DNA from: Nemertoderma westbladi
Taxonomy: Eukaryota; Animalia; Xenacoelomorpha
Reading direction: 5' to 3'
Length of the DNA: 64,000 nucleotides
Assembly (NCBI GenBank): GCA_032718475.1
Contig: JAUCBJ010008487.1
Location: 1-64,000 of the forward strand
Shown here: piece after piece, positions 1 to 14,300 of the stretch
How positions within the stretch are numbered: the stretch's first letter is position 1
How the letters are laid out: every line of letters begins with the position of its first letter
The notes under the pieces: model-generated
The model's input: only the letters and a program-made list of their open reading frames with translations
The model's database searches: none
Told to the model about the DNA's origin: nothing
Made by a program: the position numbers and the translations under genes

Positions 1-170
1 TCATGGACTTTCACATTTTTTATAATTTCAAAAAATACTAGCTAGCAAAAAATCACTAGCTATCATAAAAAACATATCTACTAATGTTGTAGAACTTTCA
101 CCAATACCAAAAAATTAAAAAACTCTAAAACAGGATTGGTGAAAAATGGCTGGGGTGTCGACAGGGCGAA
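1..170. repeat. Fragment related to the non-coding leader of the Mutator-like element at 44560-44810
   Basis: ctagctagcaaaaaatcactagctatcataaaaaacatatctac (38-81) resembles ctagctagtaaaaaacactagctacaataaaaaaacatatctac (44710-44753). Confidence 0.5.
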
Positions 171-559
171 GTAGGGACCGTGTTGCTTAACCCCTTAGAG
201 CCTATGACGTCCACTGCACGTCACCATGGTCAACACGAAGACGTGCAGTGGACGTCATGCTGGAATACATGTTTTATTGGAAGGCTCTTGGAGTAGGTAT
301 ACTGGTGGATACTATTAATGACACGTTCGTGGGGACTTCGCGCAGCACGTAGTCGGCAAGCCTTGGCATACGGTTCATATAGAGCAAATGGGGCATGTCT
401 AGTTTGGACCCAATATCCCATGCTATAAATGTATTCATTCGATATACAATCATATGTTAATCCGCTAGGTGGTGTCAAATTGTTATTCTGCAATTTCGTA
501 CTTACTGTACAGCAGTACCGTACCGGTAGGCCTATGTCATTACTTCTGAGTCTCTAGCG

Positions 560-935
560 GATCCCCAATTAAATGTCTTAACTTTTCAATTTCGTAAAAG
601 ATAGACTTCATGATTCTCTACAGGCCACCAAAATTTCAGCTCAGGAAAATGAGGCCTTCTCGAGAAATTTAACATTTTCTAAAAACCACATAATCTGTCG
701 TAGCTGACGTCAGACTGCATGATTTTTCACCAAACTTTACAAACTTTCTAAACTTTCTCTCTACTACATACCTACTAAGTTTGGTTCAATTCCGAACGAG
801 CGATGCCGAGAAATTCGCGTTCAAACATTTACCAGACGGACGGACGGACAGACAGACAGACAGACGGACATGCCCCATTTGCCCTATATGAACCGTATGC
901 AAAGGCTCGCCGACTACGTGTCTCGCCCCACATTT
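560..935 (+). mobile_element. Possible Helentron/DINE-1-like (HINE) non-autonomous element
   Basis: (GACG/GACA)n microsatellite at about 833-870 followed by ACATG, and an end motif ggctcgcc..tacgtgtctcgccccacatt that recurs at about 3980-4008. The architecture resembles DINE-1-like elements; boundaries are approximate. Confidence 0.35.
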
Positions 936-1173
936 ATTGCTCTTCGTGGCAAAAAATCCATTCTGTACTGTAGATAAGCTGTATTGTAGACTGTATTATT
1001 AGTGTTAGGTATATGGCGTAATGCCAACCACAGTACAGTAGTTCAGACTGACAGAGAGACCGACAGACAGACAGACTAGATTTATGTAAACGTGTAAACT
1101 GACATCAGAAATGAAATCAGCAACCCTTAAACCCCCATAGCGAGAATGTTGGTTAGTTAGTATACTTTCTTAA

Positions 1174-2725
1174 CCCTATTAGTACCGGGCTATAAAATGT
1201 TGTACAAATACCGGGAGGGGGTCATATTGACCCCCCCCTCTAAAATCTACAAATATTTACGAAAACGTCTGATTTTTTGTTTGTACGTAGGTATCACTTG
1301 TCTGGATCCGACCGAAAAAAAAAATTTTCGAAAAAATGTACTGGGGTGGTTATATTGCAGCACCAAAATTACAAGTAGTGCACAATTTTCACCAAATTTG
1401 AAAGTTACATTTTCGGCTAATTATTTTTCAATACAGGTTTTCTGGGGTGCAAAATACATTGGAAAATATTAAAAAATGATATGATTACTATAAATGGCTG
1501 TTTAGTCCTCTCTGCGTAGGAAAAAAATGAAAAAAACAAGTAACCAGCACTTTTCAGTTAGAACACAAAATTTTTAATTCACTTTTACGATGCTATAAAT
1601 TCACATTTTCAGGTTTTCGAGGGCGCTGATTCTAATGGAATACATTTCTAATATGCCAGATCATTGCTACTTGTGTTTTTCGGCGTAATTTGGCAAATTT
1701 TGGTGCTAGCACCAAATTTCGTACCCATCACCAAAAAGTACAAGTTTGCGATGTCCAGTGCTGTTTTTATTGATTCCATCGGATTCAGGACCCTCATAAA
1801 CCCGTATAACGCAAGAAACAAGGTGATACTATCTACTTATCAATTTGCATATTTTCCAAAATTTGGTGCTGGCACAACAATTTTCACCCACCGGCGAAAA
1901 ATACAAGTTTGAGAACTCTTATGAAATTTTTACTGATTCCATTGAATTCAGAACCATCACAAACCCGTATAACGCAAGAAACAAGGTGACACAATCAATT
2001 GATATATTTGATGGTTTTCAAAATTTGGTGCTAGCACCACATTTTGCACCCACATCCGAAAAATACAAGTTTGAGATGTCTAGTTCGATAATTATATTTT
2101 CCATTGAATTCAGAACAGCCATAAACCTCTAAAACGCAAGAAATAAATTGTCACAAGCAATTTTATCTATTGAATGGATTTTCAAAATTTCGTGCTAGCA
2201 CCAAAATTTGCACACAGCACCGAAAAATACAAGTTTGATACGCTTGGTGCAACTCGTATATATTTCATCGAATCCAGAAACCCAAAAAACCCCAATTGCG
2301 TAAAAAACAAGTTTCAAACGTTCAATTTACAAAATTGACTTATTTCAAAATTTGGTGCTGGCACCAAAATTTGGTACCCGCCGAAAAATACAAGTTTGAA
2401 ATTTCTAAATCAATTGATATGAGTTCCATCAAATTTCTAACACCAAAAAACCGGTGTAAATCAAAATTAGAGATGTTACAATTCATATTTAATGAAATGT
2501 AATTTTCAAAAAACGTCTCAAAAAAAGTGCCAAAAGTAGGGTTAAAAAATGGTGCTATAACTCGAAAAGTACCCAATATTTTTGAAAACGGTTTTCACTA
2601 CTAGGAAGACAATAGATTTTTAGGAAAAGTCATAAAATTTCAGATTCCCAACTGCGTTTGTTTCAGAATTATAATAAAAAAACCACGGGGGGGGTCATAT
2701 TGACCCCCCCCCGGGTTTAATAGGG
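1174..2725. mobile_element. Non-autonomous piggyBac-like element (MITE)
   Basis: TTAA duplicated at 1170-1173 and 2726-2729; termini CCCTATTA..CCGGG / CCCGG..TAATAGGG; subterminal near-palindrome GGGGGTCATATTGACCCCC at both ends. Removing it restores the host repeat unit. Confidence 0.85.
1690..2480. repeat. About 163-bp internal tandem repeat (5 units) of the piggyBac-like MITE
   Basis: TGGTGCTAGCACCA-like palindrome at 1701, 1864, 2026, 2190 and 2353, each followed by aaaatacaagtttg or a close variant. Confidence 0.85.
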
Positions 2726-4006
2726 TTAAGTTTTCACAGACTGACTGACAGAAAGACCGACAGCCAGACAGACTAGATTTTTTTTTAACGTGAAAACTGA
2801 CATCTGAAATAAACTTAGCACCCATTAAAACCCCCATAACGAGAATGTTAGTTAGTTTGTATTCTTTTTTAAGTTTTGACAGACTGACTGACTGACAGAA
2901 AGACCGACAAACAGACAGTCTAGATTTATGTAAACCTGAAAACTGACATCAGAAATGAAATCAGCACCCCTTAAAACCCCCATAGCGAGAATGTTAGTTA
3001 ATTTGAATTCTCTTTTATATTTTGACAGACTGACTGACAGAATGACCGACAGACAGACAGACTAGATTTATGTAAACGTGAAAACTGACATCAGAAATGT
3101 AATCAGCACTCCTTAAAACCCCCATAGTGAGAATGTTAGCGACAAGTTTTAATTATTAACCATATTTCGTAAGATATATTTTAAAACATTTATTTATTAA
3201 TAATGCAATAACTGAATAACCAGATAACGGAACGACAAACCGAATTGAAACTTTTAATTACTAATAATAATTGTGGTGTGAGGTGATGGAAATCAAGGAT
3301 ATACTGTATGTTATGTTATGGAGCACGCGTTGGTAGGCACAGGCAATGAATTGATGTCTGTTGAGATGTATTGAAGGAGCACTATTCCTTCATTAGTAAT
3401 AATATTAATGTCATTGAATAACTGATACCTAAACACACACACACACACCCCCCCCCCCCCCCCCCCCCCGTCAGCCAGTTCTATGGAGAGTGAGTGAATG
3501 GATAGGGAATTAATGTTATCCTACCATCCCCAACCAGCAGCAGTCTGCCTCTAACAGGCCAGGACATTCTCAGCGTTGCTAAGACACGGGAAGGAATTAC
3601 TCCGTATTGACTGTCATTAGGCGGTTAGAGCCTGCGTGTGAATTAATTGATAAAAATGCAATTTTAATTGTAAATCAATAAATAACTATAAAACTTGACA
3701 TTAATCTCGAGTATAAAGTAAAGACTTTGATAGAATGGGACTCGGCGAATCTACCCATGTTAATTTTATACCAGATGGGATAAATGTTACCCCCCTAAAT
3801 AATTAATTACCGATAGAAGAATCGAAATAATTCGATTCAACCGTACAATTTAGCTGAAGATATTAACTTCGATTATGGCTTCCGACATTTATGGCTACCG
3901 ACACACACACACACACACACACACGTCACACACAGACTTTTGAGAAACGGCCATAGTATAATTATATCAGTTCGCTGATGGCTCGCCATACGTGTCTCGC
4001 CCCACA

Positions 4007-4212
4007 TTGGAACTAAATTTGCTTCCCTTGGAACTAAATTCGCATCTATTGGAACTACGTAAGTTCGCATACATTTGAACTAAGTTCGCATGCATTGGAA
4101 CTAAATTCCTTTTCGTTTTTCTCTAGTTATTGGAACTAAGTTCGGCTAAATTGGAACTAAATTCGTTTCCATTGGAAGTAAATTCGCATGAGGCTTAAAT
4201 TGGAACTAAGTA
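4007..4212. repeat. About 21-bp degenerate tandem repeat (ttggaactaa core)
   Basis: About 9 copies of ttggaactaa(a/g)ttcg. Confidence 0.8.
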
Positions 4213-5383
4213 CGGGGAATCATACTTTTAGCTTGGCATTGGCTCATTTTCCAAAATGTATGACAGTCAAGTTTAAGGAAAATGTAAGCCTAACTAACAA
4301 GTTTGCGAAAACTAGAGCAATATATTATTATTAGGCCCGTTACTAAAAACTACTGTATTGGGTAAAAAAGAAACGGACGTAAAAAAAAATTACCTTCTTA
4401 ATTGATTCCAGTATGTAGAATATTGTACTCGGCCTACTGTATGTAGAAATATGTTGTAATACAGCAACTGGAAAACATTTATATGATTTTGTTTATAATC
4501 ATATAATTATAAGGGCAAATCGTCAGACTTCTTCCTGCCATATCTTATATGAATATTAATCGTATCGATACTTTCGGATTCAATGTCTTCAACTTGAACT
4601 TACGTACAACGGTACAGTAGATGTAGAGGTTAACGCCCTATTATTATAAATTATAATATTCCACAAGATGAAATAATGGCTCAATTTCATTGTGTAATTG
4701 GCGGGCTTCAATTGATTTGAAAATTCGGTTTTCGACACGTTACAGTAGTTATTACTGTAATTATGGTTTGTATTGTACATATGTAGATAGTCGTGCATAG
4801 TGGTACATAGTCGTACTGTACATATTAGTAGGAATCATATATTTTATTCAATAATTTTATCATCATTACTGAACTCTGTTAGTATTATTTGAAATATTAC
4901 ATTGCACAGTTATACAGTACATTCATTCAGTAACTATAAGTATTAAGACTTTACATTTCAAGTTGTTTCTACTTGTTACTTTATTCTATTATATTCTGTT
5001 ATATTATCAGGCAAGCCCCACAACTTCATCGACTTTAGTAGAGAAACTGTTAAGCACACTACTTTGATGATTATTGACCACGGCTACCTTAAATAAAGGC
5101 CGCGTCACCCCAATTTTGCAAAATAGTAGCCTTAGTAATGAATGACCTTTAAATTCCTACAGTATTGTAAAATATGTGAACTTTAAGCAGAAATATTATA
5201 CATTTTATAACCAACAACAAAATATTATGCGGGTTTTAATCAGTGGTTTCGTCGATATACGGTTTTGGAATAAAAACGTTGAGCAAAGTAACTGTACTTT
5301 ACTTTTCTTATGAACTTGGTATTTGCACTCACTCGGATCAGCACACTGTAAACAGCTACATCACGCGTGTTATTCATTGATGA

Positions 5384-8300
5384 TCGGTGTTTCGCATTGC
5401 TTCTCGTTCTTGCTCGGTGTTACGCATTGCTTCTCGTTCTTGCTCGTTGTTTTGCATTGCTCCACGTTCTTGCACGGTGTCTCGCATTGCTTCTCGTTCT
5501 TGTTCGGTGTTTCGCATTGCTCCCAGTTCTTGCATGGTGTTTCGCATTGCTCCCAGTTCTTGCATGGTGTTTCGCATTGCTTCTCGTTTTTGCACGGTGT
5601 TTCGCATTGCTCCTCGTTCTTGCTCGGTGTTTCGCATTGCTTCTCGTTCTTGCTCGTTGTTTTGCATTGCTCCACGTTCTTGCACGGTGTCTCGCATTGC
5701 TTCTCGTTCTTGTTCGGTGTTTCGCATTGCTCCCAGTTCTTGCATGGTGTTTCGCATTGCTTCTCGTTCTCGCTCGGTTTTTCGCATTGCTCCTCGTTCT
5801 TGCTCGGTGTTTCGCATTGCTTCTCGTTCTTGCTCGGTGCCTCGCATTGCTTCTCGTTCTTGCACGGTGTCTCGCATTGCTTCTCGTTCTTGCTCGGTGT
5901 TTCGCATTGCTTCTCGTTCTTGCTCGGTGTTACGCATTGCTTCTCGTTCTTTCTCGGTGTTTAACATTGCTCCTCGTTCTTGCTCGGTGTTACGCATTGC
6001 TTCTCGTTCTTGCTCGGTGTTTCGCATTGCTTCTCGTTCTTGCTCGGTGTTTCGCATTGCTTCTCGTTCTTGCTCGGTGTTTCGCATTGCTCCTCGTTCT
6101 TGCTCGGTGTTTCGCATTGCTTCTCGTTCTTGCTCGTTGTTTTGCATTGCTCCACGTTCTTGCACGGTGTCTCGCATTGCTTCTCGTTCTTGTTCGGTGT
6201 TTCGCATTGCTCCCAGTTCTTGCATGGTGTTTCGCATTGCTTCTTGTTTTTGCACGGTGTTTCGCATTGCTCCTCGTTCTTGCTCGGTGTTTCGCATTGC
6301 TTCTCGTTCTTGCTCGGTGTTACGCATTGCTTCTCGTTCTTGCTCGTTGTTTTGCATTGCTCCACGTTCTTGCACGGTGTCTCGCATTGCTTCTCGTTCT
6401 TGTTCGGTGTTTCGCATTGCTCCCAGTTCTTGCATGGTGTTTCGCATTGCTTCTCGTTCTCGCTCGGTTTTTCGCATTGCTCCTCGTTCTTGCTCGGTGT
6501 TTCGCATTGCTTCTCGTTCTTGCTCGGTGTTTCGCATTGCTTCTCGTTCTTGCTCGGTGTTTCGCATTGCTTCTCGTTCTTGCTCGGTGTTTCGCATTGC
6601 CCCTCGTTCTTGCTCGGTGCCTCGCATTGCTTCTCGTTCTTGCACGGTGTCTCGCATTGCTTCTCGTTCTTGCTCGGTGTTTCGCATTGCTCCTCGTTCT
6701 TGCTCGGTGTTTCGCATTGTTTCTCGTTCTTGCTCGGTGTTTCGCATTGCTTCTCGTTCTTGCTCGGTGTTTCGCATTGCTCCTCGTTCTTGCTCGGTGT
6801 TTCGCATTGCTCCTCGTTCTTGCTCGGTGTTTCGCATTGTTTCTCGTTCTTGCTCGGTGTTTCGCATTGCTTCTCGTTCTTGCTCGGTGTTTCGCATTGC
6901 TCCTCGTTCTTGCACGGTGTCTCGCATTGCTTCTCGTTCTTGCTCGGTGTTTCGCATTGCTTCTCGTTCTTGCTCGGTGTTTCGCATTGCCCCTCGTTCT
7001 TGCTCGGTGCCTCGCATTGCTTCTCGTTCTTGCACGGTGTCTCGCATTGCTTCTCGTTCTTGCTCGGTGTTTCGCATTGCTCCTCGTTTTTGCTCGGTGT
7101 TTCGCATTGTTTCTCGTTCTTGCTCGGTGTTTAACATTGCTCCTCGTTCTTGCTTGGTGCCTCGCATTGCTTCTCGTTCTTGCTCGGTGTTTCGCATTGC
7201 TCTTCGTTCTTGCTCGGTGTTTCGAATTGCTCCCCGTTCTTGCTCGGTGTTTAACATTGCTCCTCGTTCTTGCTCGGTGTTTCGCATTGCTTCTCGTTCT
7301 TGCTCGGTGTTTTGCATTGCTCCTCGTTCTTGCACGGTGCCTCGCATTGCTTCTCGTTCTTGCTCGGTGTTTCGCATTGCTTCTCGTTCTTCCACGGTGT
7401 TTCGCATTGCTTCTCGTTCTTGCTCGGTGTTTCGCATTGCTTCTCGTTCTTCCACGGTGTTTCGCATTGCTTCTCGTTCTTGCTCGGTGTTTTGCATTGC
7501 TCCTCGTTCTTGCTCGGTGTTTTGCATTGCTCCTCGTTCTTGCTCGGTGTTTCGCATTGCTACTCGTTCTTGCTCGGTGTTTCGCATTGCTCCTCGTTCT
7601 TGCTCGGTGTTTCGCATTGCTTCTCGTTCTTGCTCGGTGTTTCGCATTGCTTCTCGTTCTTGCTCGGTGTTTCGCATTGCTCTTCGTTCTTGCTCGGTGT
7701 TTCGAATTGCTCCCCGTTCTTGCTCGGTGTTTAACATTGCTCCTCGTTCTTGCTCGGTGTTTCGAATTGCTCCCCGTTCTTGCTCGGTGTTTAACATTGC
7801 TCCTCGTTCTTCCACGGTGTTTCGCATTGCTTCTCGTTCTTGCTCGGTGTCTCGCATTGCTTCTCGTTCTTGCTCGGTGTTTCGCATTGCTCTTCGTTCT
7901 TGCTCGGTGTTTCGAATTGCTCCCCGTTCTTGCTCGGTGTTTAACATTGCTCCTCGTTCTTGCTCGGTGTTTCGCATTGCTTCTCGTTCTTGCTCGGTGT
8001 TTTGCATTGCTCCTCGTTCTTGCACGGTGCCTCGCATTGCTTCTCGTTCTTGCTCGGTGCCTCGCATTGCTTCTCGTTCTTCCACGGTGTTTCGCATTGC
8101 TTCTCGTTCTTGCTCGGTGTTTCGCATTGCTTCTCGTTCTTCCACGGTGTTTCGCATTGCTTCTCGTTCTTGCTCGGTGTCTCGCATTGCTTCTCGTTCT
8201 TGCTCGGTGTTTCGCATTGCTTCTCGTTCTTCCACGGTGTTTCGCATTGCTTCTCGTTCTTGCTCGGTGTCTCGCATTGCTTCTCGTTCTTGCTCGGTGT

Positions 8301-11300
8301 TTCGCATTGCTTCTCGTTCTTGCTCGGTGTTTCGCATTGCTTCTCGTTCTTGCTCGGTGTTTCGCATTGCTCCTCGTTCTTGCTCGGTGTTTCGCATTGC
8401 TTCTCGTTCTTGCTCGTTGTTTTGCATTGCTCCACGTTCTTGCACGGTGTCTCGCATTGCTTCTCGTTCTTGTTCGGTGTTTCGCATTGCTCCCAGTTCT
8501 TGCATGGTGTTTCGCATTGCTTCTTGTTTTTGCACGGTGTTTCGCATTGCTCCTCGTTCTTGCTCGGTGTTTCGCATTGCTTCTCGTTCTTGCTCGTTGT
8601 TTTGCATTGCTCCACGTTCTTGCACGGTGTCTCGCATTGCTTCTCGTTCTTGTTCGGTGTTTCGCATTGCTCCCAGTTCTTGCATGGTGTTTCGCATTGC
8701 TTCTCGTTCTCGCTCGGTTTTTCGCATTGCTCCTCGTTCTTGCTCGGTGTTTCGCATTGCTTCTCGTTCTTGCTCGGTGTTTCGCATTGCTTCTCGTTCT
8801 TGCTCGGTGTTTCGCATTGCTTCTCGTTCTTGCTCGGTGTTTCGCATTGCCCCTCGTTCTTGCTCGGTGCCTCGCATTGCTTCTCGTTCTTGCACGGTGT
8901 CTCGCATTGCTTCTCGTTCTTGCTCGGTGTTTCGCATTGCTCCTCGTTCTTGCTCGGTGTTTCGCATTGTTTCTCGTTCTTGCTCGGTGTTTAACATTGC
9001 TCCTCGTTCTTGCTTGGTGCCTCGCATTGCTTCTCGTTCTTGCTCGGTGTTTCGCATTGCTCTTCGTTCTTGCTCGGTGTTTCGAATTGCTCCCCGTTCT
9101 TGCTCGGTGTTTAACATTGCTCCTCGTTCTTGCTCGGTGTTTCGCATTGCTTCTCGTTCTTGCTCGGTGTTTTGCATTGCTCCTCGTTCTTGCACGGTGC
9201 CTCGCATTGCTTCTCGTTCTTGCTCGGTGTTTCGCATTGCTTCTCGTTCTTCCACGGTGTTTCGCATTGCTTCTCGTTCTTGCTCGGTGTTTCGCATTGC
9301 TTCTCGTTCTTCCACGGTGTTTCGCATTGCTTCTCGTTCTTGCTCGGTGTCTCGCATTGCTTCTCGTTCTTGCTCGGTGTTTCGCATTGCTCTTCGTTCT
9401 TGCTCGGTGTTTCGAATTGCTCCCCGTTCTTGCTCGGTGTTTAACATTGCTCCTCGTTCTTGCTCGGTGTTTCGCATTGCTTCTCGTTCTTGCTCGGTGT
9501 TTTGCATTGCTCCTCGTTCTTGCACGGTGCCTCGCATTGCTTCTCGTTCTTGCTCGGTGTTTCGCATTGCTTCTCGTTCTTGCTCGGTGTTTAACATTGC
9601 TCCTCGTTCTTGCTCGGTGTTTCGCATTGCTTCTCGTTCTTGCTCGGTGTTTTGCATTGCTCCTCGTTCTTGCACGGTGCCTCGCATTGCTTCTCGTTCT
9701 TGCTCGGTGTCTCGCATTGCTTCTCGTTCTTGCTCGGTGTTTCGCATTGCTCTTCGTTCTTGCTCGGTGTTTCGAATTGCTCCCCGTTCTTGCTCGGTGT
9801 TTAACATTGCTCCTCGTTCTTGCTCGGTGTTTCGCATTGCTTCTCGTTCTTGCTCGGTGTTTAACATTGCTCCTCGTTCTTGCTCGGTGCCTCGCATTGC
9901 TTCTCGTTCTTGCATGGTGTCTCGCATTGCTTCTCGTTCTTGCTCGGTGTTTCGCATTGCTCTTCGTTCTTGCTCGGTGTTTCGAATTGCTCCCCGTTCT
10001 TGCTCGGTGTTTAACATTGCTCCTCGTTCTTGCTCGGTGTTTCGCATTGCTTCTCGTTCTTGCTCGGTGTTTCGCATTGCCCCTCGTTCTTGCTCGGTGC
10101 CTCGCATTGCTTCTCGTTCTTGCACGGTGTCTCGCATTGCTTCTCGTTCTTGCTCGGTGTTTCGCATTGCTTCTCGTTCTTGCTCGGTGTTTCGCATTGC
10201 TTCTCGTTCTTTCTCGGTGTTTAACATTGCTCCTCGTTCTTGCTCGATGTTACACATTGCTTCTCGTTCTTGTACGGTGTTTCGCATTGCTCCTCGTTCT
10301 TGCTCGATGTTTCGCATTGCTTCTCGTTCTTGCTCGGTGTTTCGCATTGCTCCTCGTTCTTGCTAGGTGTTTCGCATTGCTTCTCGTTCTTGCTCGGTGT
10401 TTCGCATTGCTCCTCGTTCTTGCTCGGTGTTACGCATTGCTTCTCGTTCTTTCTCGGTGTTTAACATTGCTCCTCGTTCTTGCACGGTGTTTCGCATTGC
10501 TTCTCGTTCTTGCTCGGTGTTTCGCATTGCTTCTCGTTCTTGCTCGATGTTTCGCATTGCTTCTCGTTCTTGCTCGGTGTTTCGCATTGCTCCTCGTTCT
10601 TGCTAGGTGTTTCGCATTGCTTCTCGTTCTTGTTCGGTGTTACGCATTGCTCCCAGTTCTTGCATGGTGTTTCGCATTGCTTCTCGTTCTTGCTCGGTGT
10701 TACGCATTGCTCCCAGTTCTTGCATGGTGTTTCGCATTGCTTCTCGTTCTCGCTCGGTGTTTCGCATTGCTCCTCGTTCTTGCTCGGTGTTACGCATTGC
10801 TTCTCGTTCTTTCTCGGTGTTACGCATTGCTCCCAGTTCTTGCATGGTGTTTCGCATTGCTTCTCGTTCTCGCTCGGTGTTTCGCATTGCTCCTCGTTCT
10901 TGCTCGGTGTCTCGCATTGCTTCTCGTTCTTGCTCGGTGTTTCGCATTGCTTCTCGTTCTTGCTCGGTGTTTCGCATTGCTTCTCGTTCTTTCTCGGTGT
11001 TAACATTGCTCCTCGTTCTTGCTCGATGTTACACATTGCTTCTCGTTCTTGTACGGTGTTTCGCATTGCTCCTCGTTCTTGCTCGATGTTTCGCATTGCT
11101 TCTCGTTCTTGCTCGGTGTTTCGCATTGCTCCTCGTTCTTGCTAGGTGTTTCGCATTGCTTCTCGTTCTTGCTCGGTGTTTCGCATTGCTCCTCGTTCTT
11201 GCTCGGTGTTACGCATTGCTTCTCGTTCTTTCTCGGTGTTTAACATTGCTCCTCGTTCTTGCACGGTGTTTCGCATTGCTTCTCGTTCTTGCTCGGTGTT

Positions 11301-14300
11301 TCGCATTGCTTCTCGTTCTTGCTCGATGTTTCGCATTGCTTCTCGTTCTTGCTCGGTGTTTCGCATTGCTCCTCGTTCTTGCTAGGTGTTTCGCATTGCT
11401 TCTCGTTCTTGTTCGGTGTTACGCATTGCTCCCAGTTCTTGCATGGTGTTTCGCATTGCTTCTCGTTCTTGCTCGGTGTTACGCATTGCTCCCAGTTCTT
11501 GCATGGTGTTTCGCATTGCTTCTCGTTCTCGCTCGGTGTTTCGCATTGCTCCTCGTTCTTGCTCGGTGTTACGCATTGCTCTTCGTTCTTGCTCGGTGTT
11601 TAACATTGCTCCTCGTTCTTGCTCGGTGTTTCGCATTGCTTCTCGTTCTTTCTCGGTGTTTAACATTGCTCCTCGTTCTTGCACGGTGTTTCGCATTGCT
11701 TCTCGTTCTTGCTCGGTGTTTCGCATTGCTTCTCGTTCTTGCTCGGTGTTTCGCATTGCTTCTCGTTCTTTCTCGGTGTTTCGCATTGCTCCTCGTTCTT
11801 GCTCGGTGTTTCGCATTGCTTCTCGTTCTTGCTCGGTGTTTCGCATTGCTTCTCGTTCTTGCTCGGTGTTTCGCATTGCTCCTCGTTCTTGCTCGGTGTT
11901 ACGCATTGCTTCTCGTTCTTTCTCGGTGTTTAACATTGCTCCTCGTTCTTGCACGGTGTTTCGCATTGCTTCTCGTTCTTGCTCGGTGTTTCGCATTGCT
12001 TCTCGTTCTTGCTCGGTGTTTCGCATTGCTTCTCGTTCTTGCTCGGTGTTTCGCATTGCTTCTCGTTCTTGCTCGGTGTTTCGCATTGCTTCTCGTTCTT
12101 GCTCGGTGTTTCGCATTGCTCCTCGTTCTTGCTCGGTGTTACGCATTGCTTCTCGTTCTTTCTCGGTGTTTAACATTGCTCCTCGTTCTTGCACGGTGTT
12201 TCGCATTGCTTCTCGTTCTTGCTCGGTGTTTCGCATTGCTTCTCGTTCTTGCTCGGTGTTACGCATTGCTTCTCGTTCTTTCTCGGTGTTTAACATTGCT
12301 CCTCGTTCTTGCACGGTGTTTCGCATTGCTTCTCGTTCTTGCTCGGTGTTTCGCATTGCTCCTCGTTCTTGCTCGGTGTTACGCATTGCTTCTCGTTCTT
12401 TCTCGGTGTTTAACATTGCTCCTCGTTCTTGCACGGTGTTTCGCATTGCTTCTCGTTCTTGCTCGGTGTTTCGCATTGCTCCTCGTTCTTGCTCGGTGTT
12501 TCGCATTGCTCCTCGTTCTTGCTCGGTGTTTCGCATTGCTCCTCGTTCTTGCTCGGTGTTTCGCATTGCTTCTCGTTCTTGCTCGGTGTTTCGCATTGCT
12601 CCTCGTTCTTGCTCGGTGTTTCGCATTGCTTCTCGTTCTTGCTCGGTGTTTCGCATTGCTTCTCGTTCTTTCTCGGTGTTTCGCATTGCTTCTCGTTCTT
12701 GCTCGGTGTTTCGCATTGCTTCTCGTTCTTGCTCGGTGTTTCGCATTGCTTCTCGTTCTTTCTCGGTGTTTCGCATTGCTTCTCGTTCTTGCTCGGTGTT
12801 TCGCATTGCTCCTCGTTCTTGCTCGGTGTTTCGCATTGTTTCTCGTTCTTGCTCGGTGTTTAACATTGCTCCTCGTTCTTGCTCGGTGTTTCGCATTGCT
12901 TCTCGTTCTTTCTCGGTGTTTCGCATTGCTTCTCGTTCTTGCTCGGTGTTTCGCATTGCTTCTCGTTCTTGCTCGGTGTTTCGCATTGCTTCTCGTTCTT
13001 GCTCGGTGTTTCGCATTGCTCCTCGTTCTTGCTCGGTGTTTCGCATTGCTTCTCGTTCTTGCTCGGTGTTTCGCATTGCTTCTCGTTCTTTCTCGGTGTT
13101 TCGCATTGCTCCTCGTTCTTGCTCGGTGTTTCGCATTGCTTCTCGTTCTTGCTCGGTGTTTCGCATTGCTTCTCGTTCTTTCTCGGTGTTTCGCATTGCT
13201 CCTCGTTCTTGCTCGGTGTTTCGCATTGCTCCTCGTTCTTGCTCGGTGTTTCGCATTGCTTCTCGTTCTTGCTCGGTGTTTCGCATTGCTCCTCGTTCTT
13301 GCTCGGTGTTTCGCATTGCTCCTCGTTCTTGCTCGGTGTTTCGCATTTCTCCTCGTTCTTGCACGGTGTCTCGCATTGCTTCTCGTTCTTTCTCGGTGTT
13401 TAACATTGCTCCTCGTTCTTGCTCGGTGTTACGCATTGCTTCTCGTTCTTGCTCGGTGTTTCGCATTGCTTCTCGTTCTTGCTCGGTGTTTCGCATTGCT
13501 CTTCGTTCTTGCTCGGTGTTTCGCATTGCTTCTCGTTCTTGCTCGGTTTTTCGCATTGCTCTTCGTTCTTGCTCGGTGTTTCGCATTGCTTCTTGTTCTT
13601 GCTCGGTGTTTAACATTGCTCCTCGTTCTTGCTCGGTGTTTTGCATTGCTCCTCGTTCTTGCACGGTGCCTCGCATTGCTTCTCGTTCTTGCTCGGTGTT
13701 TCGCATTGCTTCTCGTTCTTGCTCGGTGTTTCGCATTGCTTCTCGTTCTTGCTCGGTGTTTCGCATTGCTCTTCGTTCTTGCTCGGTGTTTCGCATTGCT
13801 TCTCGTTCTTGCTCGGTTTTTCGCATTGCTCTTCGTTCTTGCTCGGTGTTTCGCATTGCTTCTTGTTCTTGCTCGGTTTTTCGCATTGCTCCTCGTTCTT
13901 GCACGGTGCCTCGCATTGCTTCTCGTTCTTGCTCGGTGTTTCGCATTGCTTCTCGTTCTTGCTCGGTGTTTCGCATTGCTTCTCGTTCTTGCTCGGTGTT
14001 TCGCATTGCTCTTCGTTCTTGCTCGGTGTTTCGCATTGCTTCTCGTTCTTGCTCGGTTTTTCGCATTGCTCTTCGTTCTTGCTCGGTGTTTCGCATTGCT
14101 TCTTGTTCTTGCTCGGTTTTTCGCATTGCTCTTCGTTCTTGCTCGGTGTTTCGCATTGCTTCTCGTTCTTGCTCGGTGTTTCGCATTGCTTCTTGTTCTT
14201 GCTCGGTTTTTCGCATTGCTCTTCGTTCTTGCTCGGTGTTTCGCATTGCTTCTCGTTCTTGCTCGGTGTTTCGCATTGCTCTTCGTTCTTGCTCGGTGTT

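Larger units (their letters stand above)
1046..3140. repeat. About 145-bp tandem repeat (about 4 units) interrupted by a MITE
   Basis: The unit gacagactagatttatgtaaacgtgaaaactgacatcagaaatgaaatcagcacccttaaaacccccatagcgagaatgtt recurs at about 1073, 2770, 2917 and 3059. Confidence 0.85.
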
